64,000 bases of DNA from Halorussus marinus (GTDB lineage Archaea > Halobacteriota > Halobacteria > Halobacteriales > Haladaptataceae), in NCBI RefSeq assembly GCF_004765795.1, contig NZ_SBIV01000003.1, positions 124,001-188,000 on the forward strand. Direction: 5' to 3'. Position numbers and translations under genes: made by a program. Position 1 is the stretch's first letter. Each line of letters begins with the position of its first letter. Shown here one piece after another: positions 1-12,033 of the stretch. The notes under the pieces were generated by a model. The model was given only the letters and a program-made list of their open reading frames with translations, was not told where the DNA came from and did not search any database.

Positions 1-431
1 GCCGAGACGTTCGCCAGCCACGGAACGCCCCGCTCGGCGAGGTCGGCGCCCACCAGTTCGTCTTCGGTCCCGCTGATGACCCGTCCGGAACTCGTGTTGA
101 GGTAGCTTATGCCGTGTACCTCGTCCGGTAGCGCTTCGAGTTCGGTCTCGAACGTCGACCGAATTCGGTCGGCGTCACCCGAACGGACCGCGACTCCCTC
201 CGAGAGCAACCGCGTCGTTCGCTTTCGCTCGCTCTGCCACTCCTGTAGTTGATCGGCCGACAACTCGGTTATGGTCTTCGCCTCGTTGTGCTTCTCGTCG
301 GTGAGCTGGGCCGACACCTCGCCCTGAATCCAGAATCCCACGCCCGCGACGACCGCGAGCGTGAGGAGCACCACCGCGGCGAACTTTCTGAGATAGCTCT
401 TCCGTACGAAACTGAGCGTCTGTTCATCCAT
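1..431 (-). CDS. Methyl-accepting chemotaxis transducer / membrane sensor, N-terminal part (runs off window)
   Basis: ATG at 431; reads MDEQTLSFVRKSYLRKFAAVVLLTLAVVAGVGFWIQGEVSAQLTDE..., a TM1 plus extracellular domain start typical of haloarchaeal Htr transducers; signalling domain not visible. Confidence 0.6.
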   Translation of the reverse strand, partial: MDEQTLSFVRKSYLRKFAAVVLLTLAVVAGVGFWIQGEVSAQLTDEKHNEAKTITELSADQLQEWQSERKRTTRLLSEGVAVRSGDADRIRSTFETELEALPDEVHGISYLNTSSGRVISGTEDELVGADLAERGVPWLANVS

Positions 432-622
432 CCCCGTGAAAATTACTGATTACTGGTATGTCATAGAACCTTCGTCGCAGTTATCAATACTGATAGCAGA
501 TCAGCCATGTTGAACGAAAATCGTAGACTCTCGATCGAGTCGGGACGGACCGAACGCGACAGGGACCGACGTCTCGCCCGAGCCTCGACACCACGGCACC
601 GAACCCGGTTCGATCGCCCGTC

Positions 623-1684
623 TCAGAACCGCCCCTGTTCGCGAAGCGCGGCGACGACCTCGCGGACGCGCTGGGCGTCGTCTTTCGGGACGACCACCAC
701 TCGGTCGCCGGCGGCCGCGACCACCAGTCCCTCGACGCCGACCGCGCTGACGTGCGCGCCGTCGAGGCCCGCGACCACCGTCTCCTCGGCGTCGATCGTG
801 AGCGCGTCCCCGAGGACCGCGTTGCCGTCGGCGTCGGTCTCGACGACGCGCTCGATCGCGTCCCACGACCCCACGTCGTCCCACTCGAAGTCGGCGGCCA
901 CGACGTAGGCGTCGTCGGTCCGCTCCATCACCGCGTAATCGACGCTGACGGGCTCGACCGCCCGGAACCCTCGCTCGGGATCGCCGTCGTCGAGGGCCTC
1001 GACCAGCGGCGCGAGCGGCGAGTCGCGGGCCGCCCGGAGCAAGGCCTCGGGCGTCCACGCGAACAGCCCGGCGTTCCAGTAACAGCCCGCGGCCACGAGT
1101 CGCTCTGCGGTCTCGGCGTCGGGCTTCTCGCGGAACCGAGCGATCTCGGCGTACTCGCCCCTCGACTCGCCCGGCTCGATGTAGCCGTAGCCGGTCGCTG
1201 GCCGCGTCGGTTCGACGCCGAACGCGACCAACCCCTCCGTTTCGACTGCGGCGCGGGCCGCGGTCCGGGCCGCGCCGGCGAAGCCGTCGCCGACGACGTG
1301 GTCGCTCGGGACACAGAGCACCACGCAGTCGCCGTCCCGATCGGCGGTCGTCTCGCCCTGCTCGCCCGTCTCCGGGGCGGGCCCGTTGCGTTGCTCTCGG
1401 ACCCGGTGGGCGGCGTACGCCAGCGCGGGGCCGGTGTCTTTGGCGTCGGGCTCGACGATGACCCCCGCCCCGGGAACCGCCTCGCGGACGCGGTCTGCGT
1501 GCTCGGCGGTCGTCGAGACGTACACCTCGTCGGCGAAGCCGACGCGCTCGACGGTCCGAGCGAGCAGCGACTCCGACCCGCCGAGCGCGAGGAACTGCTT
1601 CGGCCGATCCGCCCTGCTCGCCGGATAGAGCCGGGTCCCGGTGCCGCCGGCCATCACCACCGCGACGATCGGGCGGGCTACCAC
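623..1684 (-). CDS. manC: Mannose-1-phosphate guanylyltransferase
   Basis: VMAGGTGTRLYPASRADRPKQFL, TGYGYIE, FREKPD, WNAGLF, SVDYAVME, WDDVGSW motifs; GTG start at 1684 overlapping upstream stop. Confidence 0.92.
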   Translation of the reverse strand: MVARPIVAVVMAGGTGTRLYPASRADRPKQFLALGGSESLLARTVERVGFADEVYVSTTAEHADRVREAVPGAGVIVEPDAKDTGPALAYAAHRVREQRNGPAPETGEQGETTADRDGDCVVLCVPSDHVVGDGFAGAARTAARAAVETEGLVAFGVEPTRPATGYGYIEPGESRGEYAEIARFREKPDAETAERLVAAGCYWNAGLFAWTPEALLRAARDSPLAPLVEALDDGDPERGFRAVEPVSVDYAVMERTDDAYVVAADFEWDDVGSWDAIERVVETDADGNAVLGDALTIDAEETVVAGLDGAHVSAVGVEGLVVAAAGDRVVVVPKDDAQRVREVVAALREQGRF

Positions 1685-1956
1685 GTCTCGACCCGTCCGT
1701 CGCGAACGTCCTCGACACACCCCTCGCAGTCGGGGTGGTCGGCGTCGAAGCAGGCGGGGCGGGCCGCCGCGTCGAGCGAGACGGCCCGACGCTCGGCGTA
1801 CCGCCGACAGACGATCTTCGCGCGGCCCTCCTCGTCTTGGGGGAGGTCCGCGAGCGCGGCCTGCCGGCCGTCGCGGTAGGCCCGTTTCGCGTCGGCGACC
1901 TGTCGCCCCGCGGACCTGAGCTTGGCGCGGAGGAAGCTTTCGAGGCGGTCGTCCAT
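1678..1956 (-). CDS. Conserved haloarchaeal small Cys-containing hypothetical protein
   Basis: 92-aa ORF, IVCRRYAERRAV...PACF...HPDCEGC, coupled to manC. Confidence 0.75.
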   Translation of the reverse strand: MDDRLESFLRAKLRSAGRQVADAKRAYRDGRQAALADLPQDEEGRAKIVCRRYAERRAVSLDAAARPACFDADHPDCEGCVEDVRDGRVETW

Positions 1957-2069
1957 GTCGGTTCATGTAGGGCGTGGGCGTAGAAAGGTTTGTTCGTCGA
2001 TCGGCTCGATCGAACGGATTGTGCCAACCCCACGATTTAGGGCGACCCAGACCGACCCTCGAACCAGCG

Positions 2070-2705
2070 ATGCTCCCGTCGATCGACTCGTACTTCGTGT
2101 TCGTCGGCGCGGCGGCGGCGCTGATTCTCACGCCCGGCCCCGACACCGTCTTCGTGCTCACGCAGGGCGTGAGCGCGGGCAAGCGCGGCGGCGTCGCCTC
2201 CGCGCTCGGGGTCAGCACCGGAATACTCGTCCACACCGCGGCCGCCACGCTGGGACTGGCCGCCCTGCTCCGGACCTCGGCGCTGGCGTACGCCGCGGTC
2301 AAGTACGCCGGCGCGGTCTATCTCCTGTATCTCGGTGCGAAGACACTCCGGTCTGGCGGAGAGTTCGACGTGCCGACCGCGACCGACGCCTCGCGGGCCG
2401 ACCCCGACCTCCGTCGGAGCTACCTCCGGGGCGTGACCGTCAACGTCCTGAACCCGAAGGTGGCGCTGTTCTTTCTGGCCTTCCTCCCGCAGTTCGTCGA
2501 CGCCGGGGCCGGCGCGCCGACCGCGATGATCGCGCTCGGTGGGACCTACGCCGCCCTGACCGCGCTGTATCTCGGCGGGGTCGGGGTGGCGTCGGGCGGC
2601 GTGCGGTCCGTTCTCCGGACCCGGCCTCGGTTCGCGGACGGCCTCCGATACCTCTCGGGGTCGGTGCTGGGGGCGCTCGGCGCCGCGCTGGCGCTGGACG
2701 CGTGA
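2070..2705 (+). CDS. LysE/RhtB family translocator
   Basis: LILTPGPD, KYAGAVYLLYLG, NVLNPKVALFFLAFLPQF motifs. Confidence 0.92.
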   Translation: MLPSIDSYFVFVGAAAALILTPGPDTVFVLTQGVSAGKRGGVASALGVSTGILVHTAAATLGLAALLRTSALAYAAVKYAGAVYLLYLGAKTLRSGGEFDVPTATDASRADPDLRRSYLRGVTVNVLNPKVALFFLAFLPQFVDAGAGAPTAMIALGGTYAALTALYLGGVGVASGGVRSVLRTRPRFADGLRYLSGSVLGALGAALALDA

Positions 2706-2735
2706 CCCCTGCGGGACCGGCACAGAGGGCCAGAG

Positions 2736-2756
2736 CGCTTCAGTTTCACTTTCACT
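2736..2756 (+). promoter_or_regulatory. Putative DNA-damage-response element (contains TTTCACTTTCA) upstream of rpa TATA box
   Basis: CGCTTCAGTTTCACTTTCACT about 16 bp before TTTTATAT; exact reverse-complement copy at 52573-52593. Confidence 0.65.
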
Positions 2757-2840
2757 CCGGCCTCACCGAGCTTTTTATATCATGGCGCACTAACCGTTCG
2801 CACGTCTCCCGAAGAAAACGACGCGGAGACAGATACACCC

Positions 2841-3776
2841 ATGAGCGATGTGCGCCAGCACGCCGAAGAGATACGCGAACAGTTCTCCGAGCACCTAGAC
2901 GTCACCGTCGACGAGGTCGAACAGCGCCTCGACAACCTCGTCAACGAGTACCGAGTCCCCCTCGAGGAGGCTCGCCGGAGCGTCGTGAGCCACTACCTCG
3001 ACGAGGCCGGCCTCGACCGCGACGAGATCCGGAGCGGCGGGGGCGGCTCCGAACAGGTCTCCGTCGAGGACGTCGACGAGGACGAGCAGTGGCTCAGCCT
3101 CACCGCGAAGGTCGTCGACCTCTGGGAGCCCCGGAGCGACGCCGTCGGGCAGGTCGGTCTGCTCGGCGACGAGACGGGCACGATCAAGTTCACCAAGTGG
3201 GCCGACTCGGACCTCCCCGAACTCGAGGAGGGCGCGGTCTACCACCTCGGCAACCTCGTCTCCGACGAGTACCAGGGTAACTACTCGGTGAAGCTCAACC
3301 GCACGACCACCGTCGCGGAGGCCGACGAGGACATCGAGGTCGGCGACGACACCGCCGAGGTCGAGGGCGCGCTCGTCGACATCCAGAGCGGGAGCGGCCT
3401 CATCAAGCGCTGTCCCGCCGAGGACTGCACCCGCGTCCTCCAGAACGGTCGGTGCTCCGAGCACGGCGAGGTCGAGGGCGAGTTCGACCTCCGGATCAAG
3501 GGCGTCCTCGACGACGGCCTCGAAGTCCACGAGGTCATCTTCGACAAGGAGGCGACCGAGGAGTTCACCGGTATCGGCCTGCAGGAGGCCCAGGACATGG
3601 CGATGGACGCGCTCGACACGACCGTCGTCGCCGAGGAGATGCGCGAGAAGACCCTCGGGCGGTACTACCGCGTGAGCGGTCCCACGATGGGCCGGTATCT
3701 CCTCGCCGACGAGGTAGAGACCCTCGCCGGGCCGACGGACGCCGAGGACGTTCTCATCAAAGCGAGGTCGATATAA
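2841..3776 (+). CDS. rpa3: Replication protein A (OB-fold ssDNA-binding protein with Zn finger)
   Basis: QVGLLGDETGTIKFTKW OB fold; CPAEDCTRVLQNGRCSEH Zn finger; 311 aa. Confidence 0.9.
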   Translation: MSDVRQHAEEIREQFSEHLDVTVDEVEQRLDNLVNEYRVPLEEARRSVVSHYLDEAGLDRDEIRSGGGGSEQVSVEDVDEDEQWLSLTAKVVDLWEPRSDAVGQVGLLGDETGTIKFTKWADSDLPELEEGAVYHLGNLVSDEYQGNYSVKLNRTTTVAEADEDIEVGDDTAEVEGALVDIQSGSGLIKRCPAEDCTRVLQNGRCSEHGEVEGEFDLRIKGVLDDGLEVHEVIFDKEATEEFTGIGLQEAQDMAMDALDTTVVAEEMREKTLGRYYRVSGPTMGRYLLADEVETLAGPTDAEDVLIKARSI

Positions 3777-4411
3777 TGAGCGGAACCCCGACCAGAGAGG
3801 TCGCGCGCCGCGTCTTCGCCGACGAGTTCAACGACGCGACCCACACGTTCAAAGAGTCCGACGAGGAGCGCGCCCCGGTGTACGTCCTGTTGCCGACCGG
3901 CGAGCGAGCCAACCGCGTGTTCATCGTCGGCACCCTCACCGAGACAGAAGACGTCGGCGAGGACAGCGAGTACTGGCAGGGCCGCGTGGTCGACCCGAAC
4001 GGTGACCCGTTTTTCGTCTACGCGGGCCAGTACCAGCCCGAGGCCGCGAGCATGCTCAGAGAACTGGAGCCGCCGGCGTACGTCGCCATCACGGGCAAGC
4101 CCCGGACGTACGAGACCGACGACGGGAACACCAACGTCTCCGTGCGACCCGAATCGATCACGCTGGTCGACGCCGCGACCCGCGACCGCTGGGTGGTCGA
4201 GACCGCCGAACAGACCCTCGACCGGATTCAGGCCTTCGACGACGAGACCAACGAGTACGCCCGAATGGTCGAAGACGAGTACGACCTGCCGCTCGACCGC
4301 TACCGCGAGACGGCCATCGCCGCGCTCGAAAGCCTCGAAGACCAGCAGTCCGACGCCGACGGGAACGACCCCGACGGCTCGGACGAAACCGAACTCGAGC
4401 CCCAGACGTAG
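3776..4411 (+). CDS. RPA-associated protein (OB fold)
   Basis: TAATG overlap with rpa; TREVARRVFADEF, LLPTGERANRVFIVGTLTE motifs. Confidence 0.88.
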   Translation: MSGTPTREVARRVFADEFNDATHTFKESDEERAPVYVLLPTGERANRVFIVGTLTETEDVGEDSEYWQGRVVDPNGDPFFVYAGQYQPEAASMLRELEPPAYVAITGKPRTYETDDGNTNVSVRPESITLVDAATRDRWVVETAEQTLDRIQAFDDETNEYARMVEDEYDLPLDRYRETAIAALESLEDQQSDADGNDPDGSDETELEPQT

Positions 4412-4575
4412 CCGGGGCCCGATCCGCCGATTCGACAGCCGACCGGCTCTCCGGGGGGTAGGGACGACGTCGCGGCCGGAGCATCGGTGACCGAACAGCC
4501 CAGCGGCCGCGCTCGAAAACGCGCCCGGGTGGTACCAGCACCCGAACGCTGGGCGTGTCAGCTACGAGTAGCCCA

Positions 4576-4848
4576 ATGGCAACCCATACGTCACGATTAC
4601 AAGAAGGTACCGAGACCGTCTCCGGGCCGCACCTCGGCCGCGGCCGTGACGGCGGGCCCGACCACCGCTACTGGCGGTGCGAGCGCTGCGGGCTCGAAAG
4701 CACGGATCCGGACCTCCGCGAGGGGTGTTTCCGGTGTGGAGACGACGAACTGCAACGAGTTTCGACGAGCGAGCACCGCGACCGGCCCGGCGTCTCGGAC
4801 GCGAGCGCCCGCCGACGACGCGGAGGAGACGATGCCCGACGAGCGTGA
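4576..4848 (+). CDS. Small zinc-ribbon protein
   Basis: WRCERCG...CFRCG double CxxC. Confidence 0.5.
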   Translation: MATHTSRLQEGTETVSGPHLGRGRDGGPDHRYWRCERCGLESTDPDLREGCFRCGDDELQRVSTSEHRDRPGVSDASARRRRGGDDARRA

Positions 4849-5065
4849 GTCCCCGAGCGCGGGGTGGCGCGGCGTGTGCCGCGAGATGGCGGTCGACACC
4901 GGGATCGAGGCCGCGACCGCGCGGTGTCCGGACTGCGACCGACCGTGTCCGAACGTCGCGGGCGACGCCTACGACTGTGTGGCCCACGGACTGTTTCGCC
5001 CCGGCGAGGACCGGTCCGAAGACTCCGCCGACCCGAACGACCGAATTCGCGGGACGGCCGATTAG
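4832..5065 (+). CDS. Small CPxC-type zinc-finger protein
   Basis: CPDC...YDCVAHGLF; GGAGG upstream of ATG. Confidence 0.45.
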   Translation: MPDERESPSAGWRGVCREMAVDTGIEAATARCPDCDRPCPNVAGDAYDCVAHGLFRPGEDRSEDSADPNDRIRGTAD

Positions 5066-5466
5066 CCGCTGGCGGTTCCGGCCCCGCAGACGAGGACCGG
5101 GCGGTCGGTCTCCAGCAACACCTGCTGGGTGACGCTCCCGAACAGCGCCTTCCCGGCCGGCGTCCGGCCTCGGGGCGCGAGCGAGACCAGATCGGCGTCG
5201 AGGTCGGCGGCGGCCTCGAGGATCTCCTCGGCGGCGGGGCCGCTCGACTCGGCGTACTCGATCTCGATGCCGGCGTCCTCTAAGTGTTCGGCCGCCCGCC
5301 GGACGGCGGCGACCTGGTGGACCGACGCCCCTTCGGTGTTGTCGGTGAAGTCGTGAAAGAGGGTGACCGCCATCGCCGCGGGGTCCCGGGGCAGATCCGC
5401 GATGGCCCGAGCCTGTTCGATCGCTCGCTCCTCGTCGTCGCCGATCGCCGCGAGCACGCGGTACAT
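5062..5466 (-). CDS. Universal stress protein (UspA family)
   Basis: PAAEEILEAA...GKALFGSVTQQVLL...PVLV. Confidence 0.9.
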   Translation of the reverse strand: MYRVLAAIGDDEERAIEQARAIADLPRDPAAMAVTLFHDFTDNTEGASVHQVAAVRRAAEHLEDAGIEIEYAESSGPAAEEILEAAADLDADLVSLAPRGRTPAGKALFGSVTQQVLLETDRPVLVCGAGTASG

Positions 5467-5606
5467 ACCCGCGAATACGGCCGCTTCCGCCATAAGTGTG
5501 GAACTCGACCGTCGGTCGGCGGCCTCGACCGATTTTCACGAACTGAGATTCGGGTCCCCTATTAAACTGTTTTCCCGAACGAGTATCGCATGTGAGGTGA
5601 CCGCCG

Positions 5607-6137
5607 ATGTCCACTCGTACACTCGAAACCGAACTGCTCGGGCGGCGTACCGACTTCGAATACTCCGAGACGTGGGTCGGGTACGCCCTGCTCGCGCTCC
5701 GCCTCGTGATGGGATGGACGATGTTCTACGCCGGCATCACGAAGGTGCTCGACCCGTCGTGGTCCGCGGAGGGGTTCCTCCTCCACGCGATCCCGGAGGG
5801 CAATCCCTTCACCGGCCTCTGGACGACGCTCGCCAGCGACTGGCTGTGGCTCATCGACCCGCTGAACCAGTGGGGCCTGACCCTCGTCGGGCTGGCGTTG
5901 CTCGTCGGGGCGTTCGTCCGATGGAGCGCCTTCTGGGGCGCGGTCATGATGCTGTTCTACTGGGCGGCCAGCCTCCCGCTGGAGAACGGCATCGTCATCG
6001 ACGACCACATCGTCTACGCGATGTTGCTGTTCGGGCTCGGCGCGTTCGGCGCGGGCCGAATCCTCGGGCTCGACGAGCTCGTCGAGGACGCTGGCATCGT
6101 GCAACGAAACCCGTGGCTCCGATACGTCCTCGGGTGA
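5607..6137 (+). CDS. DoxX/DoxD family membrane protein
   Basis: LRLVMGWTMFYAGITK, GLALLVGAFVR, GAGRILGLD. Confidence 0.85.
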   Translation: MSTRTLETELLGRRTDFEYSETWVGYALLALRLVMGWTMFYAGITKVLDPSWSAEGFLLHAIPEGNPFTGLWTTLASDWLWLIDPLNQWGLTLVGLALLVGAFVRWSAFWGAVMMLFYWAASLPLENGIVIDDHIVYAMLLFGLGAFGAGRILGLDELVEDAGIVQRNPWLRYVLG

Positions 6138-6147
6138 CGACGGGACG

Positions 6148-6447
6148 ATGCCGGGTTTCACCGCGCTCGTCCTCGCGCTCGACGCGGTGCTCATCGCGCT
6201 CGGCGGCGTCCTCGCGTACTTCGCCCAGCAGGCGTTCCGGCGCACCGAGTCGCCGGGACTGCGGGTGGTCGCGATCGGCATCTGCGTAGTCACCGTCGGA
6301 ACCGCGCTGCCCGGCGTGGCCGCGCTGGGCGTCGGGCTCGCGCCCGCGCCGAGCCTGCTCGCGGGCACCGCGGTCGTCACCCTCGGGTTCGTGGTACTCG
6401 CGTACTCGCTGTACGCCGAGTATCCCGGCGACGACGGCCCGAGGTGA
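6148..6447 (+). CDS. Small three-TM membrane protein
   Basis: 99-aa hydrophobic ORF ending LAYSLY, a common haloarchaeal family pattern. Confidence 0.7.
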   Translation: MPGFTALVLALDAVLIALGGVLAYFAQQAFRRTESPGLRVVAIGICVVTVGTALPGVAALGVGLAPAPSLLAGTAVVTLGFVVLAYSLYAEYPGDDGPR

Positions 6448-8034
6448 CTATTCGAGCGGGTCGCCGACGGCGCTCTCGACTCGTTCTTCGAGTAGCCCCG
6501 ACGCCACCAGCGCGTCGGCGCGCTCGATGTCGTCGTGGATCGGTCGGTCCTCGACCAATCGGGGCACCGCGTCTCGGACCGCCTCGTACGCCGCGGCCGT
6601 GCCGGCGCCGTGGGCGAGGTCGTCGGGCAGGAACTCGGCGGCCTGCGCACAACAGAGCAGTTCGATCCCGACCACGGTCGTCGCGTTCTCGACCGCCGCG
6701 CGGGCGTCGAACGCGCTCTGGGCGCTCATGCTGACGTGATCTTCCTGATTGCCGCTGACCGGGGTGTTGTCCATCGAAGGCCGGCCGGTCGCGCGGTTCT
6801 CGTTGACGAGCGCCGCCGCGGTGTACTGGGCGATCATGTACCCCGAGCGCAGGCCGCTCGCTTCGGTCAGGAACGGCGGCAGGTGTGACTCCTGGACGTT
6901 CGGGTTCACCATCCGGTCGACCCGGCGCTCGGAGATGGCCGCCAGTTCGGTGATCGCGTTGGTGAGGTAATCGAGCGGGAGCGCCAGGGGATCGCCGTGG
7001 AAGTTGCCGCCCGACAGCACTGCCGCGCTCTCGGTGCCCGAGGCCCGCGGGTCGGCGTCGGCGGCGTCGAAGATGAGGGGGTTGTCGGTCGCGCTGTTGA
7101 GTTCGACCTCGACCGCCTCCCGGAGGTGGGCGACGGCGTCCCGGACCGCGCCGTGGACCTGGGGCGCACACCGGATCGAGTAGGCGTCCTGCACCCGGTC
7201 GCAGTTGCGGTGGGACTCGACTACCTCGGAGTCGGCGGTCAGGCGCTTGAGGTTGCGGGCGGTCTCGGCGTGGCCCTCGTGCGGGCGGACCCGAGCGATC
7301 GCGTCGTCGGCCGAGGCGGTGGTTCCCATGGTGACCTCCGTCGTCAGCGCGGCCGCGACGTCGCCGGCCCTGATCGCCCGCTCGGCGTCCACGACCGCGA
7401 GCGCGGCCAGACCCACGCTGAGTTGGGTCCCGTTGATGAGCGCGAGCCCCTCCTTTGCCTTGAGGGTCAGGGGGTCGAGGTCGGCGGTCGCGAGCGCCTC
7501 CTCGCCCGGCAGTCGCTCGATGTCCGTTCCGGACTCGACGTCTGCCTCCCCTTCGCCGATCAGCACGAGCGCGAGGTGCGCCAGCGGCGCGAGGTCGCCG
7601 CTCGCCCCGAGGCTCCCCCGAGATTTCACCACGGGGTGGATCCGCTCGTTGAGCGCGGTCGCGAGGTGGTCGACGACGACCTCCCGGACGCCCGAGTGGC
7701 CCTTGACGAGCGCGTTGAGCCGGCCGAGCAAGAGCGCCCGGACCTCCTCGCGGCCGAGTTCGCGGCCCGCGCCCGCGGCGTGGCTCCGGACGAGGTTCAA
7801 CTGGAGCTGTTCGATGTCCTCGTCGGGGATGCGCTCGTCGACCAGCTCGCCGAAGCCGGTGTTGACGCCGTAGACGGCCTCGCCGCTGTCGACGACCGCC
7901 TCGACGCGCTCGCGGGCGACCCGGACCTTTTCGCGGGCCGCGTCCGGGACGACGACCCGGGCGTCCTCGCGGGCGACCCGGGCGACGTCCTCGGGCGTGA
8001 GGCGCTCGCCGTCGACCTCGACCGGATCAGGCAC
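6448..8034 (-). CDS. hutH: Histidine ammonia-lyase
   Basis: VYGVNTGFG, GASGDL (MIO), KEGLALINGT, VQDAYSIRC, NQEDHVSM. Confidence 0.97.
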   Translation of the reverse strand: MPDPVEVDGERLTPEDVARVAREDARVVVPDAAREKVRVARERVEAVVDSGEAVYGVNTGFGELVDERIPDEDIEQLQLNLVRSHAAGAGRELGREEVRALLLGRLNALVKGHSGVREVVVDHLATALNERIHPVVKSRGSLGASGDLAPLAHLALVLIGEGEADVESGTDIERLPGEEALATADLDPLTLKAKEGLALINGTQLSVGLAALAVVDAERAIRAGDVAAALTTEVTMGTTASADDAIARVRPHEGHAETARNLKRLTADSEVVESHRNCDRVQDAYSIRCAPQVHGAVRDAVAHLREAVEVELNSATDNPLIFDAADADPRASGTESAAVLSGGNFHGDPLALPLDYLTNAITELAAISERRVDRMVNPNVQESHLPPFLTEASGLRSGYMIAQYTAAALVNENRATGRPSMDNTPVSGNQEDHVSMSAQSAFDARAAVENATTVVGIELLCCAQAAEFLPDDLAHGAGTAAAYEAVRDAVPRLVEDRPIHDDIERADALVASGLLEERVESAVGDPLE

Positions 8035-9247
8035 GGTGGACCACCTCCCCGTCTTTCAGCACGGTCCCGACCGCGTTCACGCCGAAGTTGTACGGGACGT
8101 GGACGTAGGTCGGGGCGTCGAGCACCGCCAGATCGCCCGGCGATCCCTCCCGGAGGGTGCCGACGCCGTCGTCGAGATCGAGCGCGCTCGCGGCGTTCGC
8201 GGTCGACGCCACCAGCGCCTCGGCGGGGGTCAGCCCCATCTCGACGCACGCCAGCGACGCCGCGAACCCCATGCTCTGGCTGTAGCAGTTGGGGTTGAAG
8301 TCGGTCGCGATCGCCACGTCCGCGCCCGCCTCGACGAAGGCCCGCGCGTCGGCGTACTCGGCGCCGAGCCCGAACGCGGTCCCCGGGAGCAACACCGGCA
8401 CCACGTCGGCCTCGACGAGCGCGTCGATGTCGTCGGCCGTCGAGTGGAGCAGATGGTCGGCGCTCGCGGCCCCGACCTCGGCGGCGAGTCGGGTGCCGCC
8501 GATGTGCGCCAGCTCCTCGGCGTGGACCTTCGGCGTCAGGCCCGCCTCCGCGCCGGCTTCGAGCACGCGTCTGGACTGCTCGACGTCGAAGACGCCCTCC
8601 TCGCAGAACACGTCGCAGAACTCCGCGATGCCCTGGGAGGCGACCGCCGGGAGCTGGTCGTCGACGACATCGTCGACGTACTCGTCGGCGTCCCGGTCGG
8701 CCGGCACCGCGTGGGCGCCCATGAACGTCGCCACGACGTCGACGGGGTGGCGGTCGTCGGCCCGGTCGAGGACTTCCAGCATCCGGAGCTCGGTCTCGGT
8801 GTCGAGGCCGTACCCCGACTTCACCTCGACCGTCGTCGTCCCGTGGGCGAGCATGGTGTCGAGGTGGTCGAGCAGGTTCGACAGGAGTTCGTCGTCGCTG
8901 GCCTCCCGGGTCGCCCGCACCGTCCGGAGGATGCCGCCGCCGTCTTCGAGGATCTCCTGGTAGGTCTTCCCCCTGAGTTTCGCCTCGAACTCGTCGGAGC
9001 GGTCGCCCGCGAACACCGCGTGGGTGTGGGGATCGACGAACCCTGGGATCACGGCCTTCCCCGAGGCGTCGACCGCGTGGGTCGCGTTCTCGGGCGGGAA
9101 CTCGCGGGTCACGGGTCCGGTCGGGCCGACCCGGGCGACCGCGCCGTCCTCGATCGCGATCGCCGCCTCCTCGTAGACGCCGAGGCTCCCGTCCGGTTCG
9201 ACCGTCACGACCTCGCGGGCGTCGTGGACGACCGCGCTCACCGTCAT
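8027..9247 (-). CDS. hutI: Imidazolonepropionase
   Basis: [35 protein letters not shown]. Confidence 0.97.
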   Translation of the reverse strand: MTVSAVVHDAREVVTVEPDGSLGVYEEAAIAIEDGAVARVGPTGPVTREFPPENATHAVDASGKAVIPGFVDPHTHAVFAGDRSDEFEAKLRGKTYQEILEDGGGILRTVRATREASDDELLSNLLDHLDTMLAHGTTTVEVKSGYGLDTETELRMLEVLDRADDRHPVDVVATFMGAHAVPADRDADEYVDDVVDDQLPAVASQGIAEFCDVFCEEGVFDVEQSRRVLEAGAEAGLTPKVHAEELAHIGGTRLAAEVGAASADHLLHSTADDIDALVEADVVPVLLPGTAFGLGAEYADARAFVEAGADVAIATDFNPNCYSQSMGFAASLACVEMGLTPAEALVASTANAASALDLDDGVGTLREGSPGDLAVLDAPTYVHVPYNFGVNAVGTVLKDGEVVHRA

Positions 9248-10181
9248 GGCTCGGCCCCCGACTGGCGCGCGCTCAGGAGGTGGGCGATCGCTCGCGCGCC
9301 GGCGCTCGCGGTCAGAGCCGCCGACCCCTGCTCAAGGGGCGGCGCACACTCCACGACTTCGAAGCCGGCGAGGCGGTCTTCCTCGCCGAGCAGTCGGAGC
9401 ATCCGGAACAGCTCTCTGGTCGTGATACCGCCGGGCGTCGGGGCGCTCACGCCGGGCGCGGCCGCGGCGTCGAGCACGTCGAGGTCGACGCTGACGTAGA
9501 CCCGGTCTACGCTCGCCACCGCGTCGAGCGCGCGGTCGACCGCCCCGATCTCGTCGTCGCCGACCTCCTCGCTGGTGACGACCTCGCCGCCGCGCTCGCG
9601 GACGAACTCGGCGTACGCCGTCGAGGTCTCGAAGTGGCGCGCGCCGACGCAGGCGTAGGCGTCGAGCCCGGCGTCGTAGAGCTGGCGGTAGGGGCTCCCG
9701 CTGGTGGGGTCGTCGCCGACGTCCCGCACGTCGAGGTGGGCGTCGAAGTTGACTACCCCGAGCGACCCCTCCGCCAACAGCGGCGCGGCGTTCGGGTACG
9801 TCATCGAGTTGTCCCCGCCGAGAAAGACCGGGAAGGCGTCGGCGTTGTGGACCCGTTCGGCGATGGTCCGGACCCGGTCCTGAAGCTCCGCGACCGACTC
9901 CGGGGGCGCCTGAAAGGTCACGTCGCCGAGGTCGGCGACCGACCCGACCGGCCCGGCGTCGAAGTGGTGGGTCTTGGTGCCGGCCAGTCGCTGGCGGAGC
10001 GCCGCGGGGCCCTCGGCGGCCCCCTTCCGACCGATGACCGCCCGGTCGAACGGCTCGCCGACCAGCGCGGCGTCGTAGCCGTCGGCGTCGTCGATGCTCG
10101 CGAGTTCGACTACGTGGCCGAACTGTTCGTCGTTGGCGTCGGTTGAGGTGCCCATCCAGTCGAAGGTTCGTGCGAGTTCGG

Positions 10182-10185
<4 letters not shown>
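9244..10185 (-). CDS. hutG: Formimidoylglutamase (arginase family)
   Basis: [26 protein letters not shown]; located within hut operon. Confidence 0.93.
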
Positions 10186-11945
<1,760 letters not shown>

Positions 11946-12033
11946 ACGTTCGTGTTCGGGCGCGACCGGCAAATAGCTGAACCCCGCCCCTCGGAGGGTG
12001 ATTTAAATGAGTCGGGCGCGAATCCCGAGCCGA

